Of a DNA stretch of 64,000 bases, positions 25,935-37,608 are shown piece after piece. The first letter of the stretch is position 1, and the number at the start of each line of letters is the position of its first letter. The stretch lies in the NCBI RefSeq assembly GCF_049301935.1, contig NZ_JBAQLP010000112.1, positions 339-64,338 on the forward strand, written 5' to 3'. The notes below the pieces were generated by a model. The model did no database searches. It was given only the letters and a program-made list of their open reading frames with translations, and was not told the DNA's origin. A program made the translations under genes and the position numbers. The DNA is from Pseudomonas sp. GTDB lineage: Bacteria > Pseudomonadota > Gammaproteobacteria > Pseudomonadales > Pseudomonadaceae.

Positions 25935-26729
25935 TTACTCTTCCATGGCGCCCATGGCGGTGGTGTTGAAGCCGCCGTCGACGTACATGATCTCGCCGCT
26001 GACGCCCGAGGCCAGGTCCGAGCAGAGGAAGGCGCCGGCGTTGCCGACTTCATCGATGGTCACGTTGCGGCGCAGCGGAGTCTGCTTCTCGTTGGCCGCG
26101 AGCATCTTGCGGAAACTCTTGATCCCGGAAGCCGCCAATGTGCGGATCGGGCCGGCGGAGATGGCGTTGACGCGAGTGCCTTCCGGGCCAAGGCTACCAG
26201 CCAGGTAACGCACGCCGGCTTCCAGGCTGGCCTTGGCCATGCCCATGACGTTGTAGTTGGGCATGGTGCGCTCGGCGCCCAGGTAGGACAGGGTCAGCAG
26301 GCTGCCGTTGCGGCCTTTCATCATTTCGCGGCCGGCCTTGGCCAGGGCGACGAAGCTGTAGGCGCTGATGTCGTGAGCGATGCGGAAGCCTTCGCGGGTG
26401 GTGACGTCGGTGAAGTCGCCGTCCAGCTGATCGCCCGGGGCGAAACCTACGGAGTGAACGATGCAATCCAGGCCGTCCCACTTCTTGCTCAGGGCTGCGA
26501 ATACCGAGGCGATTTCCTCATCGTTGGCCACATCGCAAGGGAAGCACAGCTCGGCGTTCGAACCCCAATCAGCGGCAAAGCCTTCGACGCGGCCTTTGAG
26601 CTTTTCGTTCTGGTAGGTGAAGGCCAGTTCGGCGCCTTCACGGTGCATGGCTGCCGCGATGCCGGAGGCGATGGACAGTTTGCTGGCGACGCCAACGATC
26701 AGTACGCGCTTGCCGCTTAGAAAACCCAT
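25935..26729 (-). CDS. fabI: enoyl-[acyl-carrier-protein] reductase (NADH) FabI
   Basis: 264 aa, [16 protein letters not shown]. Catalytic Tyr/Lys region [12 protein letters not shown]. Confidence 0.96.
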   Translation of the reverse strand: MGFLSGKRVLIVGVASKLSIASGIAAAMHREGAELAFTYQNEKLKGRVEGFAADWGSNAELCFPCDVANDEEIASVFAALSKKWDGLDCIVHSVGFAPGDQLDGDFTDVTTREGFRIAHDISAYSFVALAKAGREMMKGRNGSLLTLSYLGAERTMPNYNVMGMAKASLEAGVRYLAGSLGPEGTRVNAISAGPIRTLAASGIKSFRKMLAANEKQTPLRRNVTIDEVGNAGAFLCSDLASGVSGEIMYVDGGFNTTAMGAMEE

Positions 26730-26759
26730 GGGTGTTGTTCCTCTTCCTGTCTACAAGAA

Positions 26760-28367
26760 TTAACCAGCTGGGACCATAAAGGCTGCTTCCAGCAACTGCT
26801 GTGTATAGATGTCCTGTGGCGCGGCAAAGACACGTGCCGCCGGGCCTTGTTCCACCACTTTGCCTTGTTTGACCACCATCACCTGATGGCTGAGGGCCCT
26901 GACCACCGCCAGGTCGTGGCTGATAAACAGGTAGGTCAGGTTGTATTTGGCCTGCAGCGAGCGTAGCAGCTCGACCACTTGGCGCTGCACGGTGCGGTCG
27001 AGGGCCGAGGTCGGCTCATCGAGCAGGATCAGCGCGGGTTTCAGCACCAGAGCGCGGGCGATGGCGATACGTTGACGCTGGCCGCCGGAAAACTCGTGGG
27101 GATAACGGTGGCGGGTTTCCGGGTCCAGGCCCACTTCCACCAGGGCGGCGATAATCGCCTGCTCCTGCTCGGCTGCGCTGCCCATACGGTGGATCTGCAA
27201 ACCCTCGCCGACAATCTGGCCCACCGACATGCGCGGGCTGAGGCTGCCGAAGGGGTCCTGAAACACCACCTGCATCTGCCGGCGCAGTGGCCGCACCTCA
27301 TGTTGCGACAGGCTGTCGATGGCCTGGCCCTGGAAGCGGATGCCGCCCTGGCTGCCGAGTAGGCGCAGGATTGCCAGGCCCAGGGTGGATTTGCCCGAGC
27401 CGCTTTCACCGACGATGCCCAGGGTATGACCCTGCGGCAGGCTGAAGTTGATACCGTCCACGGCTTTGACATGGTCGACGGTGCGGCGCAGCAGTCCCTT
27501 CTTGATCGGGAACCAGACGCGCAGGTTGTCGATTTCCAGCATGGTGTTGCCCGGCGGCTGATCGACCGGGCCGCCAGTGGGTTCGGCGCCCAGCAGTTCG
27601 CGGGTGTAGGGGTGCTGTGGGGCTTTAAACAGCGTTTCGCATTCCGCTTGTTCGACGATATGCCCACGCTGCATCACGCAGACGCGGTGGGCAATCCGTC
27701 GTACCAGGTTAAGGTCGTGGCTGATCAATAGAATCGCCATGCCCAGACGCGCCTGCAGCTCCTTGAGCAGCTCAAGGATCTTCAGCTGCACGGTGACGTC
27801 CAGCGCGGTGGTCGGCTCGTCGGCAATCAGCAGCTCCGGCTCATTGGCCAGGGCCATGGCGATCACCACGCGCTGGCGTTGCCCGCCTGATAGCTCATGC
27901 GGGTAAGCCTTGAGGCGCTTGTGCGGTTCGGGAATGCCGACCAGCTCAAGCAGCTCCAGGGTGCGCGCCGTGGCCGCCTTGCCGCGCAGGCCTTTGTGCA
28001 GGGCCAGCACTTCGTTGATCTGCTTTTCGATGCTGTGTAGCGGGTTTAGCGAGGTCATGGGCTCCTGAAAGACCATGGCGATGCGGTTGCCGCGAATGCC
28101 GCGCAGCGTGTTCTCGTTCAGTTTGAGCAGGTCCTGCCCGGCGTAGTGAATGCTGCCGCTGGGGTGCTGGGCCAGCGGGTAGGGCAGCAGGCGCAGGATG
28201 GAGTGCGCGGTGACCGATTTGCCCGAGCCGCTTTCGCCCACCAGGGCCAGGGTTTCGCCACGTTTGATGTCGAAGCTGACGCCTTCCAGTACGCGCTGTT
28301 TCAGGCTGCCGCTGACGAATTCGACCGCCAGGTCGCGGACTTCGATGAGGGGGGTGGAGTCGGTCAT
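26760..28367 (-). CDS. yejF: ABC transporter ATP-binding protein with duplicated ATPase domains (YejF-like)
   Basis: 535 aa from [10 protein letters not shown]. It has two Walker A motifs (GESGSGKS) and two LSGGQRQR signatures. Confidence 0.88.
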   Translation of the reverse strand: MTDSTPLIEVRDLAVEFVSGSLKQRVLEGVSFDIKRGETLALVGESGSGKSVTAHSILRLLPYPLAQHPSGSIHYAGQDLLKLNENTLRGIRGNRIAMVFQEPMTSLNPLHSIEKQINEVLALHKGLRGKAATARTLELLELVGIPEPHKRLKAYPHELSGGQRQRVVIAMALANEPELLIADEPTTALDVTVQLKILELLKELQARLGMAILLISHDLNLVRRIAHRVCVMQRGHIVEQAECETLFKAPQHPYTRELLGAEPTGGPVDQPPGNTMLEIDNLRVWFPIKKGLLRRTVDHVKAVDGINFSLPQGHTLGIVGESGSGKSTLGLAILRLLGSQGGIRFQGQAIDSLSQHEVRPLRRQMQVVFQDPFGSLSPRMSVGQIVGEGLQIHRMGSAAEQEQAIIAALVEVGLDPETRHRYPHEFSGGQRQRIAIARALVLKPALILLDEPTSALDRTVQRQVVELLRSLQAKYNLTYLFISHDLAVVRALSHQVMVVKQGKVVEQGPAARVFAAPQDIYTQQLLEAAFMVPAG

Positions 28368-28368
28368 G

Positions 28369-29388
28369 TCATTTCCTCGGGTCGAAGGCATCGCGCGCCG
28401 CTTCGCCGATAAACACCAGCAGGCTGAGCATCAGGGCGAGCACGGCAAAGGCGCTGATACCGAGCCAAGGTGCTTGCAGATTGGACTTGCCCTGGGCCAC
28501 CAGCTCACCCAGCGACGGCGCACCAGGCGGCAGGCCGAAGCCGAGGAAATCCAGCGCAGTGAGGGTGCCGATCGCGCCGGTGAGGATGAATGGCATAAAG
28601 GTCATGGTGGAAATCATCGCGTTGGGCAGGATATGGCGGAACATGATTGAGCCGTTCTGCATGCCCAGGGCGCGGGCTGCACGCACATATTCCAGGTTGC
28701 GCCCACGCAGGAACTCGGCGCGCACTACATCCACCAGGCTCATCCAGGAGAACAGCAGCATGATGCCCAGCAGCCACCAGAAGTTCGGCTGCACGAAGCT
28801 GGCGAGGATGATCAGCAGGTAGAGCACCGGCAGGCCTGACCAGATTTCCAGAAAGCGCTGCCCGGCCAGGTCGATCCAGCCGCCATAGAAGCCCTGCAGG
28901 GCGCCGGCAAACACGCCGATCACCGAGCTGGCCAGGGTCAGGATCAGGGCGAACAGTACGGAAATACGGAAGCCGTAGATCACCCGCGCCAATACATCGC
29001 GGCCCTGGTCATCGGTGCCCAGCAGGTTTTCCGCCGAGGGGGGCGCCGGGGCGGGCACTTGCAGGTCGTAGTTGATGCTGGAGTAGCTGTAGCGGATCGG
29101 CGGCCAGATCATCCAGCCGTCCTTTTCCTTGATCAGCTCCTGGATATAGGGGCTCTTGTAGTTGGCCTGCAGCGGGAATTCGCCGCCGAAGGTGGTTTCC
29201 GGGTAGCGCTTGAACACCGGGAAATACAGCTCACCGTCGTAGCTCACCACCAGTGGCTTGTCGTTGGCGATCAGTTCGGCACCGAGGGTGACGAAGAACA
29301 GCGCAAGAAACACCCACAGCGACCACCAGCCGCGTTTGTGCGCCTTGAACAGCTGGAAGCGGCGTTGATTGATTGGCGACAGTTTCAT
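28369..29388 (-). CDS. yejE: ABC transporter permease (YejE-like)
   Basis: 339 aa, polytopic, Opp/Dpp-type permease. Confidence 0.87.
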   Translation of the reverse strand: MKLSPINQRRFQLFKAHKRGWWSLWVFLALFFVTLGAELIANDKPLVVSYDGELYFPVFKRYPETTFGGEFPLQANYKSPYIQELIKEKDGWMIWPPIRYSYSSINYDLQVPAPAPPSAENLLGTDDQGRDVLARVIYGFRISVLFALILTLASSVIGVFAGALQGFYGGWIDLAGQRFLEIWSGLPVLYLLIILASFVQPNFWWLLGIMLLFSWMSLVDVVRAEFLRGRNLEYVRAARALGMQNGSIMFRHILPNAMISTMTFMPFILTGAIGTLTALDFLGFGLPPGAPSLGELVAQGKSNLQAPWLGISAFAVLALMLSLLVFIGEAARDAFDPRK

Positions 29389-29389
29389 C

Positions 29390-30463
29390 TCAACCCTCCC
29401 GGCTTTCGAAGTCGATACGCGGATCGACCAGGGTGTAGGTAATGTCGCCGATCAATTTCACCACCAGGCCGAGCAACGTGAAGATAAACAGGGTGCCGAA
29501 CACCACCGGGTAATCGCGGTTGATCGCGGCCTCGAAGCTCATCAAGCCCAGGCCGTCGAGGGAGAAGATCACCTCGATCAACAGCGAGCCGGTAAAGAAG
29601 ATGCCGATAAAGGCCGCCGGGAAGCCGGCAATGATGATCAGCATGGCGTTGCGGAATACATGGCCGTAGAGCACGCGGTTGTTGCTCAGGCCCTTGGCGC
29701 GGGCGGTGACCACGTACTGCTTGTTGATCTCATCGAGAAAGCTGTTTTTGGTCAGCAGGGTCAGGGTGGCGAAGTTGCCGATCACCAGAGCGGTGACCGG
29801 CAGCGCCAGGTGCCAGAAATAGTCGAGCAGCTTGCCGGTAAAGCTCAGTTCGTCGAAGTTGTTCGAGGTCAGCCCGCGCAGCGGGAACCAGTCCCAGTAA
29901 CTGCCGCCGGCAAACAGCACGATCAGCAGGATGGCGAAGAGGAAGGCCGGGATGGCGTAACCGACGATGATCATCGAGCTGGTCCACACGTCGAAGGCGC
30001 TGCCGTGGCGGGTGGCCTTGGCGATGCCCAAGGGGATCGACACCAGGTACATGATCAGCGTGCTCCACAACCCCAGGGAGATCGACACCGGCATCTTTTC
30101 GATAATCAGGTCGATGACTTCGGCATCGCGAAAGAAGCTGGAGCCGAAATCCAGTTGCGCGTAACTCTTGAGCATCAGCCAGAAGCGTTCCGGGGCGGAT
30201 TTATCGAAGCCGTACATGCGCTCGATTTCCGCCACCAGCTCCGGGTCCAGGCCCTGGGCGCCACGGTAGTTGGAGCCGGCCACCGAAACTTCGGCACCGC
30301 CGCCGGCGATGCGGCTGGTGGCGCCGTCGAAGCCTTCCAGCTTGGCGATCATCTGCTCCACCGGGCCACCGGGGGCGGCCTGGATGATGATGAAGTTGAT
30401 CAGCAGAATGCCGAACAGCGTGGGGATGATCAGCAGCAGCCGACGAAAGATATACGCCAGCAT
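29390..30463 (-). CDS. yejB: ABC transporter permease (YejB-like)
   Basis: 357 aa from [19 protein letters not shown]. The start lies 1 nt after the upstream stop. Confidence 0.87.
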   Translation of the reverse strand: MLAYIFRRLLLIIPTLFGILLINFIIIQAAPGGPVEQMIAKLEGFDGATSRIAGGGAEVSVAGSNYRGAQGLDPELVAEIERMYGFDKSAPERFWLMLKSYAQLDFGSSFFRDAEVIDLIIEKMPVSISLGLWSTLIMYLVSIPLGIAKATRHGSAFDVWTSSMIIVGYAIPAFLFAILLIVLFAGGSYWDWFPLRGLTSNNFDELSFTGKLLDYFWHLALPVTALVIGNFATLTLLTKNSFLDEINKQYVVTARAKGLSNNRVLYGHVFRNAMLIIIAGFPAAFIGIFFTGSLLIEVIFSLDGLGLMSFEAAINRDYPVVFGTLFIFTLLGLVVKLIGDITYTLVDPRIDFESREG

Positions 30464-30464
30464 C

Positions 30465-32318
30465 TTATTGCTCCACGTCTGTGCTGGGCTGGGCGGCCGC
30501 TTCGTCAACCGCTGCTTCTGCTGATGGCGCACGCGCCCACCAGGTGTGCAGGCCTATGTCGTATTGCGGCGTCACTTTGGGGTGTTCGAAACGGTTCCAG
30601 TAGGCCACGCGCCAGGTCTTGATATGCCAGTTGGGCACCACGTAATGGCCCCACAGCAGCACGCGGTCGAGGGCGCGAGTATGGGTGATCAGACTCTTGC
30701 GCGAGTTGGCATTGATCAAGCCCTCGACCAGCTTGTCCACGGCCGGGTCTTTCAGGCCGATAAAGTTACGGCTGCCAGGGTTGTCGGCGCTGCTGGAGTG
30801 CCAGTATTCACGCTGCTCGTTACCCGGCGAATTGGACTGGCCAAAGCCGCCGACGATCAGGTCGTAATCGCGCGAACGCAGGCGGTTGATGTACTGAGAC
30901 ACATCCACGCGGCGGATCACCAGCTCAATACCTAGATCGGCCAGGTTACGCTTGAACGGCAGCAGCACGCGCTCGAACTCGGTTTGCGCCAGCAAAAACT
31001 CGAAGCTTACCGGCTGACCCGTGCTGTCGAGCATCTTGTCGCCATCCACACGCCAGCCGGCTTCCTGCAGCAGCTGGTAAGCACGGCGCTGCTGTTCACG
31101 GATGATGCCGCTGCCGTCGGTGACCGATGGCAGGTATTCGTCGGTAAATACCTGCGGCGCAATCTGGGCGCGCAATGGCTCCAGCAGCTTCAATTCGTCG
31201 GCGGAGGGCAGGCCGACGGAGGCCAGTTCGGAGTTGTCGAAGTAGCTGCGCGTGCGCGTGTAGGCGCCGTTGAATAGCTGGCGATTGGCCCATTCGAAAT
31301 CAAACAGCAGACCCAGGGCCTCACGCACGCGGCGGTCGCTGAACAGCGGGCGGCGGGTGTTGAAGATAAAGCCCTGCATCCCCGTGGGGTTGTGGTTGGT
31401 GATCTCTTCCTTGATCAGTTGGCCATTGGCCACGGCGGGGGTGTTGTAGGCGGTGGCCCAGTTCTTTGCGCTACTTTCCAGCCAGTAGTCGAATTGCCCG
31501 GCCTTGAGGGCTTCCAGGGCCACGGTGTTGTCGCGGTAGTAGTCGACCTGCAGGGTATCGAAGTTGTAGAAGCCGCGGTTGACCGGCAGGTCCTTGCCCC
31601 ACCAGTCCTTGACCCGCTCATAGCGGATCGAACGGCCGGCCTGCACATTCGCCACCTTGTACGGGCCGCTGCCCAGGGGGATTTCCAGGTTGCCTTTACT
31701 GAAGTCGCGCTCGGCCCACCAGTGTTTCGGCAGCACCGGCAGCTGACCGACGATCAACGGCAGTTCGCGATTGCCGGCATGCTTGAAGATAAAACGCACG
31801 CGCTGGGTACTTTCGACTTCAACCCGGTCAACGTCGGCGTAATAGCCGCGGTACATCGGTGCGCCTTTGCTCATCAATGTATCGAAGGTGAATTTAACGT
31901 CCTCGGCGGTGACCGGCTGGCCGTCATGGAAGCGTGCTTCGGGGCGCAGGTAGAAGCGTACCCAGGCGTTGTCCGGGGCTTTCTCGATTTTCGCGGCGAG
32001 CAGGCCGTATTCGGTAAAGGGTTCGTCCAGGGCGTGACGGGTCAGGGTGTCATAGATCATGCCGATGTCGTCGGCCGGCACGCCCTTGTTGATAAAGGGG
32101 TTGAGGCTGTCGAAACCGCCAAAACCGGCCTGGCGCAGGGTGCCGCCCTTGGGTGCATCTGGGTTTACGTACTCGAAGTGCGTGAAGTTGGCCGGGTACT
32201 TGGGTGGTTCGTCATACAGGGTTTGCGCGTGCTTGGGGCCGGCCAGGGCCAGGCTGGCAACGCCAAGCAGGGCAATGCTGCTGACGTGGATAAACAGGGC
32301 GCGCAATGCATGGGTCAT
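30465..32318 (-). CDS. yejA: extracellular solute-binding protein, family 5 (YejA-like) copy 1
   Basis: 617 aa with a signal peptide. Overlaps the upstream paralogue by 4 nt. Confidence 0.85.
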   Translation of the reverse strand: MTHALRALFIHVSSIALLGVASLALAGPKHAQTLYDEPPKYPANFTHFEYVNPDAPKGGTLRQAGFGGFDSLNPFINKGVPADDIGMIYDTLTRHALDEPFTEYGLLAAKIEKAPDNAWVRFYLRPEARFHDGQPVTAEDVKFTFDTLMSKGAPMYRGYYADVDRVEVESTQRVRFIFKHAGNRELPLIVGQLPVLPKHWWAERDFSKGNLEIPLGSGPYKVANVQAGRSIRYERVKDWWGKDLPVNRGFYNFDTLQVDYYRDNTVALEALKAGQFDYWLESSAKNWATAYNTPAVANGQLIKEEITNHNPTGMQGFIFNTRRPLFSDRRVREALGLLFDFEWANRQLFNGAYTRTRSYFDNSELASVGLPSADELKLLEPLRAQIAPQVFTDEYLPSVTDGSGIIREQQRRAYQLLQEAGWRVDGDKMLDSTGQPVSFEFLLAQTEFERVLLPFKRNLADLGIELVIRRVDVSQYINRLRSRDYDLIVGGFGQSNSPGNEQREYWHSSSADNPGSRNFIGLKDPAVDKLVEGLINANSRKSLITHTRALDRVLLWGHYVVPNWHIKTWRVAYWNRFEHPKVTPQYDIGLHTWWARAPSAEAAVDEAAAQPSTDVEQ

Positions 32319-34147
32319 TCAGCGTTCTCCATGGATTTCAGCCACCAGCTACGCAGGCCCAGGGTGTAGGGCGGCGTGGTGACGAAGGCAAATCGGTTGC
32401 GGTAAGCCAGGCGGTGGTAATCGATATACCAGTTCGGGATGCTGTAGTGCTGCCACAACAGCACCCGGTCCAGGGCACGGGTGGCGGCAATTTGCTCGTC
32501 GCGGCTCTGCGCCGACAGGAGTTTTTCGATCATGGCGTCGACCACCGGGTGAGTGACGCCGGCGTAGTTTCTGCCGCCTTTGATCTTGGCCTGGGACGAG
32601 TGGAAATACAGCGACTGTTCCAGGCCGGGGCTGAGGGTTTGCGGCAGGGTCAGCAGAATCATGTCGAAGTCGTATTGATCGAGGCGCTGCTTGTACTGCG
32701 CGCGGTCGACGGTGCGCAGGTTGGCCTGGATGCCAATGCTGGCGAGGTTTCTGGTAAAGGGTTGAAGAATACGTTCAAGGTTCGGATTGACCAGCAGTAT
32801 CTCGAAGCGCAGCGGTTGCCCATCACTATTGAGCAGGTGTTGACCGGAGGGCTTCCACCCGGCTTCGGCCAATAGACCGAGGGCGCGGCGCAAGGTTTCC
32901 CGCGGGATGCCCCGGCCATCGGTTTGCGGCATGCTGAACGGTTCACTGAACAGGCGCGCCTGCAATTGCTTGCGGTAGGGCGACAGCAGCAGCCATTCCG
33001 CGCCTTCCGGCTTACCGCGGGCCGAGAACTCGCTGTTGGGGTAGTAGCTTTTGGCGCGGGTGTAGGAGCTATTGAACAGGGCGCGGTTGGCCCATTCGAA
33101 GTCGAACATCAAGCCCAGGGCTTCGCGCACCTGGCGCTCGGCAAACACCGCGCGGCGGGTGTTCATAAACAACGCCTGGGTCTGGGTCGGGATCTGGTGG
33201 GGGATCTCGGCGCGGATCACCTCGCCACGGCTCAGCGCCGGGAAGCGATAGCCGTTGGCCCAGTTCTTCGCCTGCTGCTCGATGTAGATGTCGAATTCGC
33301 CGGCCTTGAATGCCTCGAAGGCCACATGGCTGTCGCGGTAGAACTCCACATCGACCCGGTCGAAATTGTATTTGCCACGGTTGACCGGCAGCTTGGCGCC
33401 CCACCAGTCCTTGACTCGCTCAAACCTCAGGCTGCGTCCGGGGCTGACCTGGGTGATGCGGTAGGGCCCGCTGCCCAGCGGCGGCTCATAGGTAGTGGCC
33501 TTGAAGTCGCGGCCTTTCCAGTAGTGTTGCGCCAGCACCGGCATTTCGCCCAGGCGCAGGATCAGCAGGGAGTTGCCGGCACGCTTAAGCACAAAGCGGA
33601 TGCTATGGCGATTGAGGATATCGATCCGCTTTACTTCCTGCAGGTTGCTGCGGTACTGCGGGTGACCGTCCTTGAGCAGCAGGCGATAGGAAAAGGCCAC
33701 GTCATAGGCGGTGATCGGCTTGCCATCATGAAAGCGCGCTTCGGGGCGCAGGTTGAACACCACCCAGCTGCGATCATCGCTGTACTCCACCGACTCGGCG
33801 ATCAGGCCGTAGCTGGAGGCCGGCTCATCACCGGAAGGGTCATAGGCGCCGGTGCCGACCATCAGCGGCGCATTCAACTCATTGACCCCGTATTGCAGAA
33901 AGTTGGCGGTACTGATCGGGCTGCTGCCCTTGAGGGTGTAGGGGTTGAGTGTGTCGAAGGTGCCGTTGGCCATCATCCGCAGCGTGCCGCCTTTTGGCGC
34001 TTGCGGGTTGACCCAGGCGAAATGGGTGAAGCTGGCGGGGTACTTCAGCTCGCCAAACTGGGCGTAACCGTGACTTTTATACAGAGTGGCCCAGGCAGAT
34101 GAACTGATGGCCATGCAGAGAAGTAACGAGAGGAGGGGACGTATCAA
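32315..34147 (-). CDS. extracellular solute-binding protein, family 5 (YejA-like) copy 2
   Basis: Paralogue of the previous gene. The start is uncertain. TTG at 34147 gives a clean signal peptide (MIRPLLSLLLCMAISSSAWA). The longest ORF starts at TTG 34210. Confidence 0.8.
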   Translation of the reverse strand: MIRPLLSLLLCMAISSSAWATLYKSHGYAQFGELKYPASFTHFAWVNPQAPKGGTLRMMANGTFDTLNPYTLKGSSPISTANFLQYGVNELNAPLMVGTGAYDPSGDEPASSYGLIAESVEYSDDRSWVVFNLRPEARFHDGKPITAYDVAFSYRLLLKDGHPQYRSNLQEVKRIDILNRHSIRFVLKRAGNSLLILRLGEMPVLAQHYWKGRDFKATTYEPPLGSGPYRITQVSPGRSLRFERVKDWWGAKLPVNRGKYNFDRVDVEFYRDSHVAFEAFKAGEFDIYIEQQAKNWANGYRFPALSRGEVIRAEIPHQIPTQTQALFMNTRRAVFAERQVREALGLMFDFEWANRALFNSSYTRAKSYYPNSEFSARGKPEGAEWLLLSPYRKQLQARLFSEPFSMPQTDGRGIPRETLRRALGLLAEAGWKPSGQHLLNSDGQPLRFEILLVNPNLERILQPFTRNLASIGIQANLRTVDRAQYKQRLDQYDFDMILLTLPQTLSPGLEQSLYFHSSQAKIKGGRNYAGVTHPVVDAMIEKLLSAQSRDEQIAATRALDRVLLWQHYSIPNWYIDYHRLAYRNRFAFVTTPPYTLGLRSWWLKSMENAE

Positions 34148-34498
34148 GTGAAATATCCGATCCGTGGCGTCTGTGGGCTGCTGGTCAGGCACATTAACAG
34201 CTTGTATCAACTGGAAAAAGAGTAGGCGCGGCGCTACGAACCTGTTTACGATCTGCCACGCATTGGGCCTGTTGCTTTACAGGCTCGCTGCCGGTTGCGA
34301 ATAACGCGCAGCAGCCCTGTGTTGAAGGCGGGGGCAGTACTTACAACGCGTAAACTCCGCTTGCTCTGGATTTTTAACCAGTCGGCGGCTGTTACAACCT
34401 GGCAGCCTGCATGAGGTTGACTCGCGAGAGGGTAAACAGCTCCCAAGCAGTAGCGACACCTTGGCTACACTTTATTAATTCACTGCGAGGGCATCATT

Positions 34499-35944
34499 TT
34501 GGTATCAGCCTGCCATGGTTTGCAGTCATGGATTGATCGCTTCAATCAAGCCGAATTACCCGCCCTGGCGACGGTGGTGCAGGATCTGCATCGCCTGACT
34601 TCGGGCGATAAATCGTCTGTGCAACAATTAGCCGATGTGCTGCTGCGCGACGCGGCGTTGACCACCAAGGTGCTGCGCATTGGCAATAGCGTGTACTACA
34701 ACCCCTCCCAGGAACCTATCCGCACCATTTCCCGGGCCATTGTGCTGATCGGTTTCGACAACGTACGGCAGATCGGCCTGTCGGTCAGCCTGATTGACGG
34801 CTTGCTGGCACGCAGCTCCCGCGATCAGCTCGCCGAACTGTTGGCACGCTCGTTTCATGCCGCCGTGCAGGCGCGCAACATTGCTGGCTACGTGCTGACA
34901 AAAAATGATGAGGAAGTGTTTATCGCTGCCCTGCTGCATAACGTCGGTGAGTTGGCGTTCTGGGGCTGTGCTGGGGATGACGCTGATGATCTGGCCAGCG
35001 CCCTGGCGCAGCCGGGGGTGGATGAAGACGAGGTGGTGATGCAGTTGCTCGGCACCAGTTTTCGCCAGCTGAGTTTGGCGCTGGTGAAAAGCTGGAATCT
35101 GGGCGACACCGTCAGCCTGGCGCATCAGTCGACCAGCCAGAATGATCCTGCGGTCAAAGCCGTGATCCTGGGGGCGAAGATCAGTCAAGCGGCGCTGGAT
35201 GGCTGGCATACCCCGGCCATGGAGGCACTGGTCGGCCAGTTGGCCAGTTTTATTGGGGTGACCCCGCAGGAAGCCATGCAGCAGGTGCTGGCCAGTGCCG
35301 AGGAAACCGTGAAGATGGCCGCCACCTTCGGCGCCAGCCAGTTGTGCAAGCTGATTCCCAATACCGACCCGGAACAGATTCGCCTGCAGCAGGAACAGCG
35401 CAAGGCGCGTCTTTTGCAGCCCAACCTGCTGGTTTTGCAGCAGGCCTTGCAGGATCTCGGGCTGATGGTGTCGCGCCGCGGCGAGCTGGGCCTGGTGCTT
35501 GATACCCTGTTCAAGGGGTTGCATCAGGGCGCGGGGTTGGAGCGCATCATGCTGGTGGTGTTGGCGGACGGGCAGAGCTGTTTCCGAGCCAAACGGGTAA
35601 TTGGTGAAGGCACCGAGAACTGGGGGCGTGACTTTGTGCTGCCGGTGGCGCAATACGAGCAAGCGCATATTTTCAGTTATGCGCTGCGCAATAAAGAGGC
35701 GCTATGGATGGGCGTGCCGGCCAGTTACAACCTCAATGAACTGGTCACCCAGCCGATTCGCCAGCGCTTGGGGCAGGGCATGTTCTTTATTGCGCCGCTG
35801 TTGGCCGGCACCCGAGAAATTGGCTTGCTATATGCCGACAGCCGGTCATCGGGCCGGTCGTTGAAGCATGAACAGTTTGTCGCCTTTCAACGCTTTACCC
35901 AGTTGACCGGGCGCTGCCTGGAAGCGATGAGCAAGAAGGCCTGA
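34499..35944 (+). CDS. HDOD domain protein with GAF-like C-terminal domain
   Basis: 481 aa. HDOD region ELPALATVVQDL...DAALTTKVLRIGNSVYY...ISRAIVLIGF. The C-terminal ~170 aa look GAF-like. TTG start, uncertain. Confidence 0.75.
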   Translation: MVSACHGLQSWIDRFNQAELPALATVVQDLHRLTSGDKSSVQQLADVLLRDAALTTKVLRIGNSVYYNPSQEPIRTISRAIVLIGFDNVRQIGLSVSLIDGLLARSSRDQLAELLARSFHAAVQARNIAGYVLTKNDEEVFIAALLHNVGELAFWGCAGDDADDLASALAQPGVDEDEVVMQLLGTSFRQLSLALVKSWNLGDTVSLAHQSTSQNDPAVKAVILGAKISQAALDGWHTPAMEALVGQLASFIGVTPQEAMQQVLASAEETVKMAATFGASQLCKLIPNTDPEQIRLQQEQRKARLLQPNLLVLQQALQDLGLMVSRRGELGLVLDTLFKGLHQGAGLERIMLVVLADGQSCFRAKRVIGEGTENWGRDFVLPVAQYEQAHIFSYALRNKEALWMGVPASYNLNELVTQPIRQRLGQGMFFIAPLLAGTREIGLLYADSRSSGRSLKHEQFVAFQRFTQLTGRCLEAMSKKA

Positions 35945-37510
35945 TCAGTTGGGGCTATACAGGGTCAGGGTCTGCCCTGGCTTGAGCGCCTTGCCGGCTT
36001 TCGGGTTCCAGGTCTGCAAGCTCTTCATTGGCACCTTGAAACGCTTGGCTATCAGGTACAGCGAGTCGCCCTGGCGCACCTTGTAATAGGTAGCGCTCTG
36101 GCGCGCCGAGCTACTACTGCCGCTAACGGGTTTGCCGGCCTGCAAGGTGAGTACCTGACCGACGCGCAGGCGATTGCCGGACAGCTTGTTCCAGCGCTGC
36201 ACATCCTTGACGGCAACCTTGTGCTGCTTGGCGATCTGCCAGAGGTTGTCGCCGCTTTTAACCCGGTAGGTACGGCTCGGCGCGCTGTGCGCGACGCTAC
36301 GCTGGAACACCGGCTCGCGCGCCGCTACCCCGGGTTGGGCGGGAATGCTCAACATCTGGCCGATACGCAGGCTGTTGCTGGAGAGCTTGTTGATGTCCTT
36401 GAGGGTGTTCACCGTCAGCTGATGGCGGTTGGCGATGCTGTGCAGGCTGTCACCTGAGCGCACGCGGTACTGCTGCCAGTCGACCCGCTCCTGGGGCTTC
36501 ATCAAGGATAGATTGGCGGTCAACAGCTCGGCCTTGTCAGTCGGTACCAGCAGGTGCTGCGGGCCGTCCAGGGTGATGCCTTTCTTGAACGCGGGGTTGA
36601 GCAGGTACAGCTCGTCTTCATCCAGATCGGCCATGGCGGCGACGCGCGAGAGATCCATGCGTTGGGTGAATACGACTTTCTCGAAATACGGCTCGTTGGC
36701 AATCGGCGCGAGGCTGACGCCATAGGCTTGCGGCGTCATCACCACTTGCGACAGGGCCAGCAGCTTGGGCACGTAATTCTGGGTTTCCACCGGCAGCGAG
36801 AGGTTCCAGTAATCGGTCGGCAGGCCGAGTTTCTGGTTGCGCTCAATCGCCCGGCTGACACGGCCTTCACCGGCGTTATAGGCGGCCAGGGCCAGCAGCC
36901 AGTCACCGTTGAACATTTCCTTGAGACGCGTCAGGTAGCTGATCGCCGCATCGGTCGAGGCCATCACATCACGGCGGCCGTCGTACCAGTTGGTCTGGCG
37001 CAGGTTGAAGTTGCGCCCGGTGGAGGGGATGAACTGCCACAGCCCAACGGCATGGGCGTGGGAGTAAGCCAGCGGGTTGTAGGAGCTTTCGATCATCGGC
37101 AGCAGGGCCAGCTCCATCGGCATATTGCGCTGTTCCAGGCGCTCAACGATAAAGTGGATATAGGGGCTGCTGCGCTCGCCGGCTTTCTCGATAAACGAGG
37201 GGTTGCTGACGAACCACAGGCGTTGCTGCTCGATGCGCGGGTTGAGGGTGATGGTGTCTTGTAGCTGATAGCCTTCGCGCACCCGTTCCCAGATGTCTTT
37301 GGGCTCTTCGGGTTCCGGCGCCACGCTGCTGTTGAGCCATTCCGGCTCCTGCTCAAGACCGACCGCGCGGTCGGTGTCACGGCCGCTATCGGGGCGGTAC
37401 TGGTTGCTGGTCTGGCAACCGGCCAGGGTTATCCCCATGATCACCACAAGCGTCTGCGCGCTTTGTGCCAACGCCTTTAAATTCAGGGTCTTGCGTGGTG
37501 ATAGAGGCAT
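35945..37510 (-). CDS. mltD: membrane-bound lytic murein transglycosylase D (lipoprotein, 3 LysM repeats)
   Basis: 521 aa. Lipobox LAGC, SLT-domain motifs ES.YNP..S.A.A.GLWQF and AAYNAG, and three C-terminal LysM repeats. Confidence 0.9.
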   Translation of the reverse strand: MPLSPRKTLNLKALAQSAQTLVVIMGITLAGCQTSNQYRPDSGRDTDRAVGLEQEPEWLNSSVAPEPEEPKDIWERVREGYQLQDTITLNPRIEQQRLWFVSNPSFIEKAGERSSPYIHFIVERLEQRNMPMELALLPMIESSYNPLAYSHAHAVGLWQFIPSTGRNFNLRQTNWYDGRRDVMASTDAAISYLTRLKEMFNGDWLLALAAYNAGEGRVSRAIERNQKLGLPTDYWNLSLPVETQNYVPKLLALSQVVMTPQAYGVSLAPIANEPYFEKVVFTQRMDLSRVAAMADLDEDELYLLNPAFKKGITLDGPQHLLVPTDKAELLTANLSLMKPQERVDWQQYRVRSGDSLHSIANRHQLTVNTLKDINKLSSNSLRIGQMLSIPAQPGVAAREPVFQRSVAHSAPSRTYRVKSGDNLWQIAKQHKVAVKDVQRWNKLSGNRLRVGQVLTLQAGKPVSGSSSSARQSATYYKVRQGDSLYLIAKRFKVPMKSLQTWNPKAGKALKPGQTLTLYSPN

Positions 37511-37608
37511 TGGCGGCGAAGTACTTCCCGGCGAAAAGATCGGGCGATTCTAGGAACCAGCCTGCCATTGGTCAAGTTTTAACCAGTCTTTTGTGTGGTT
37601 GTCGAGGT

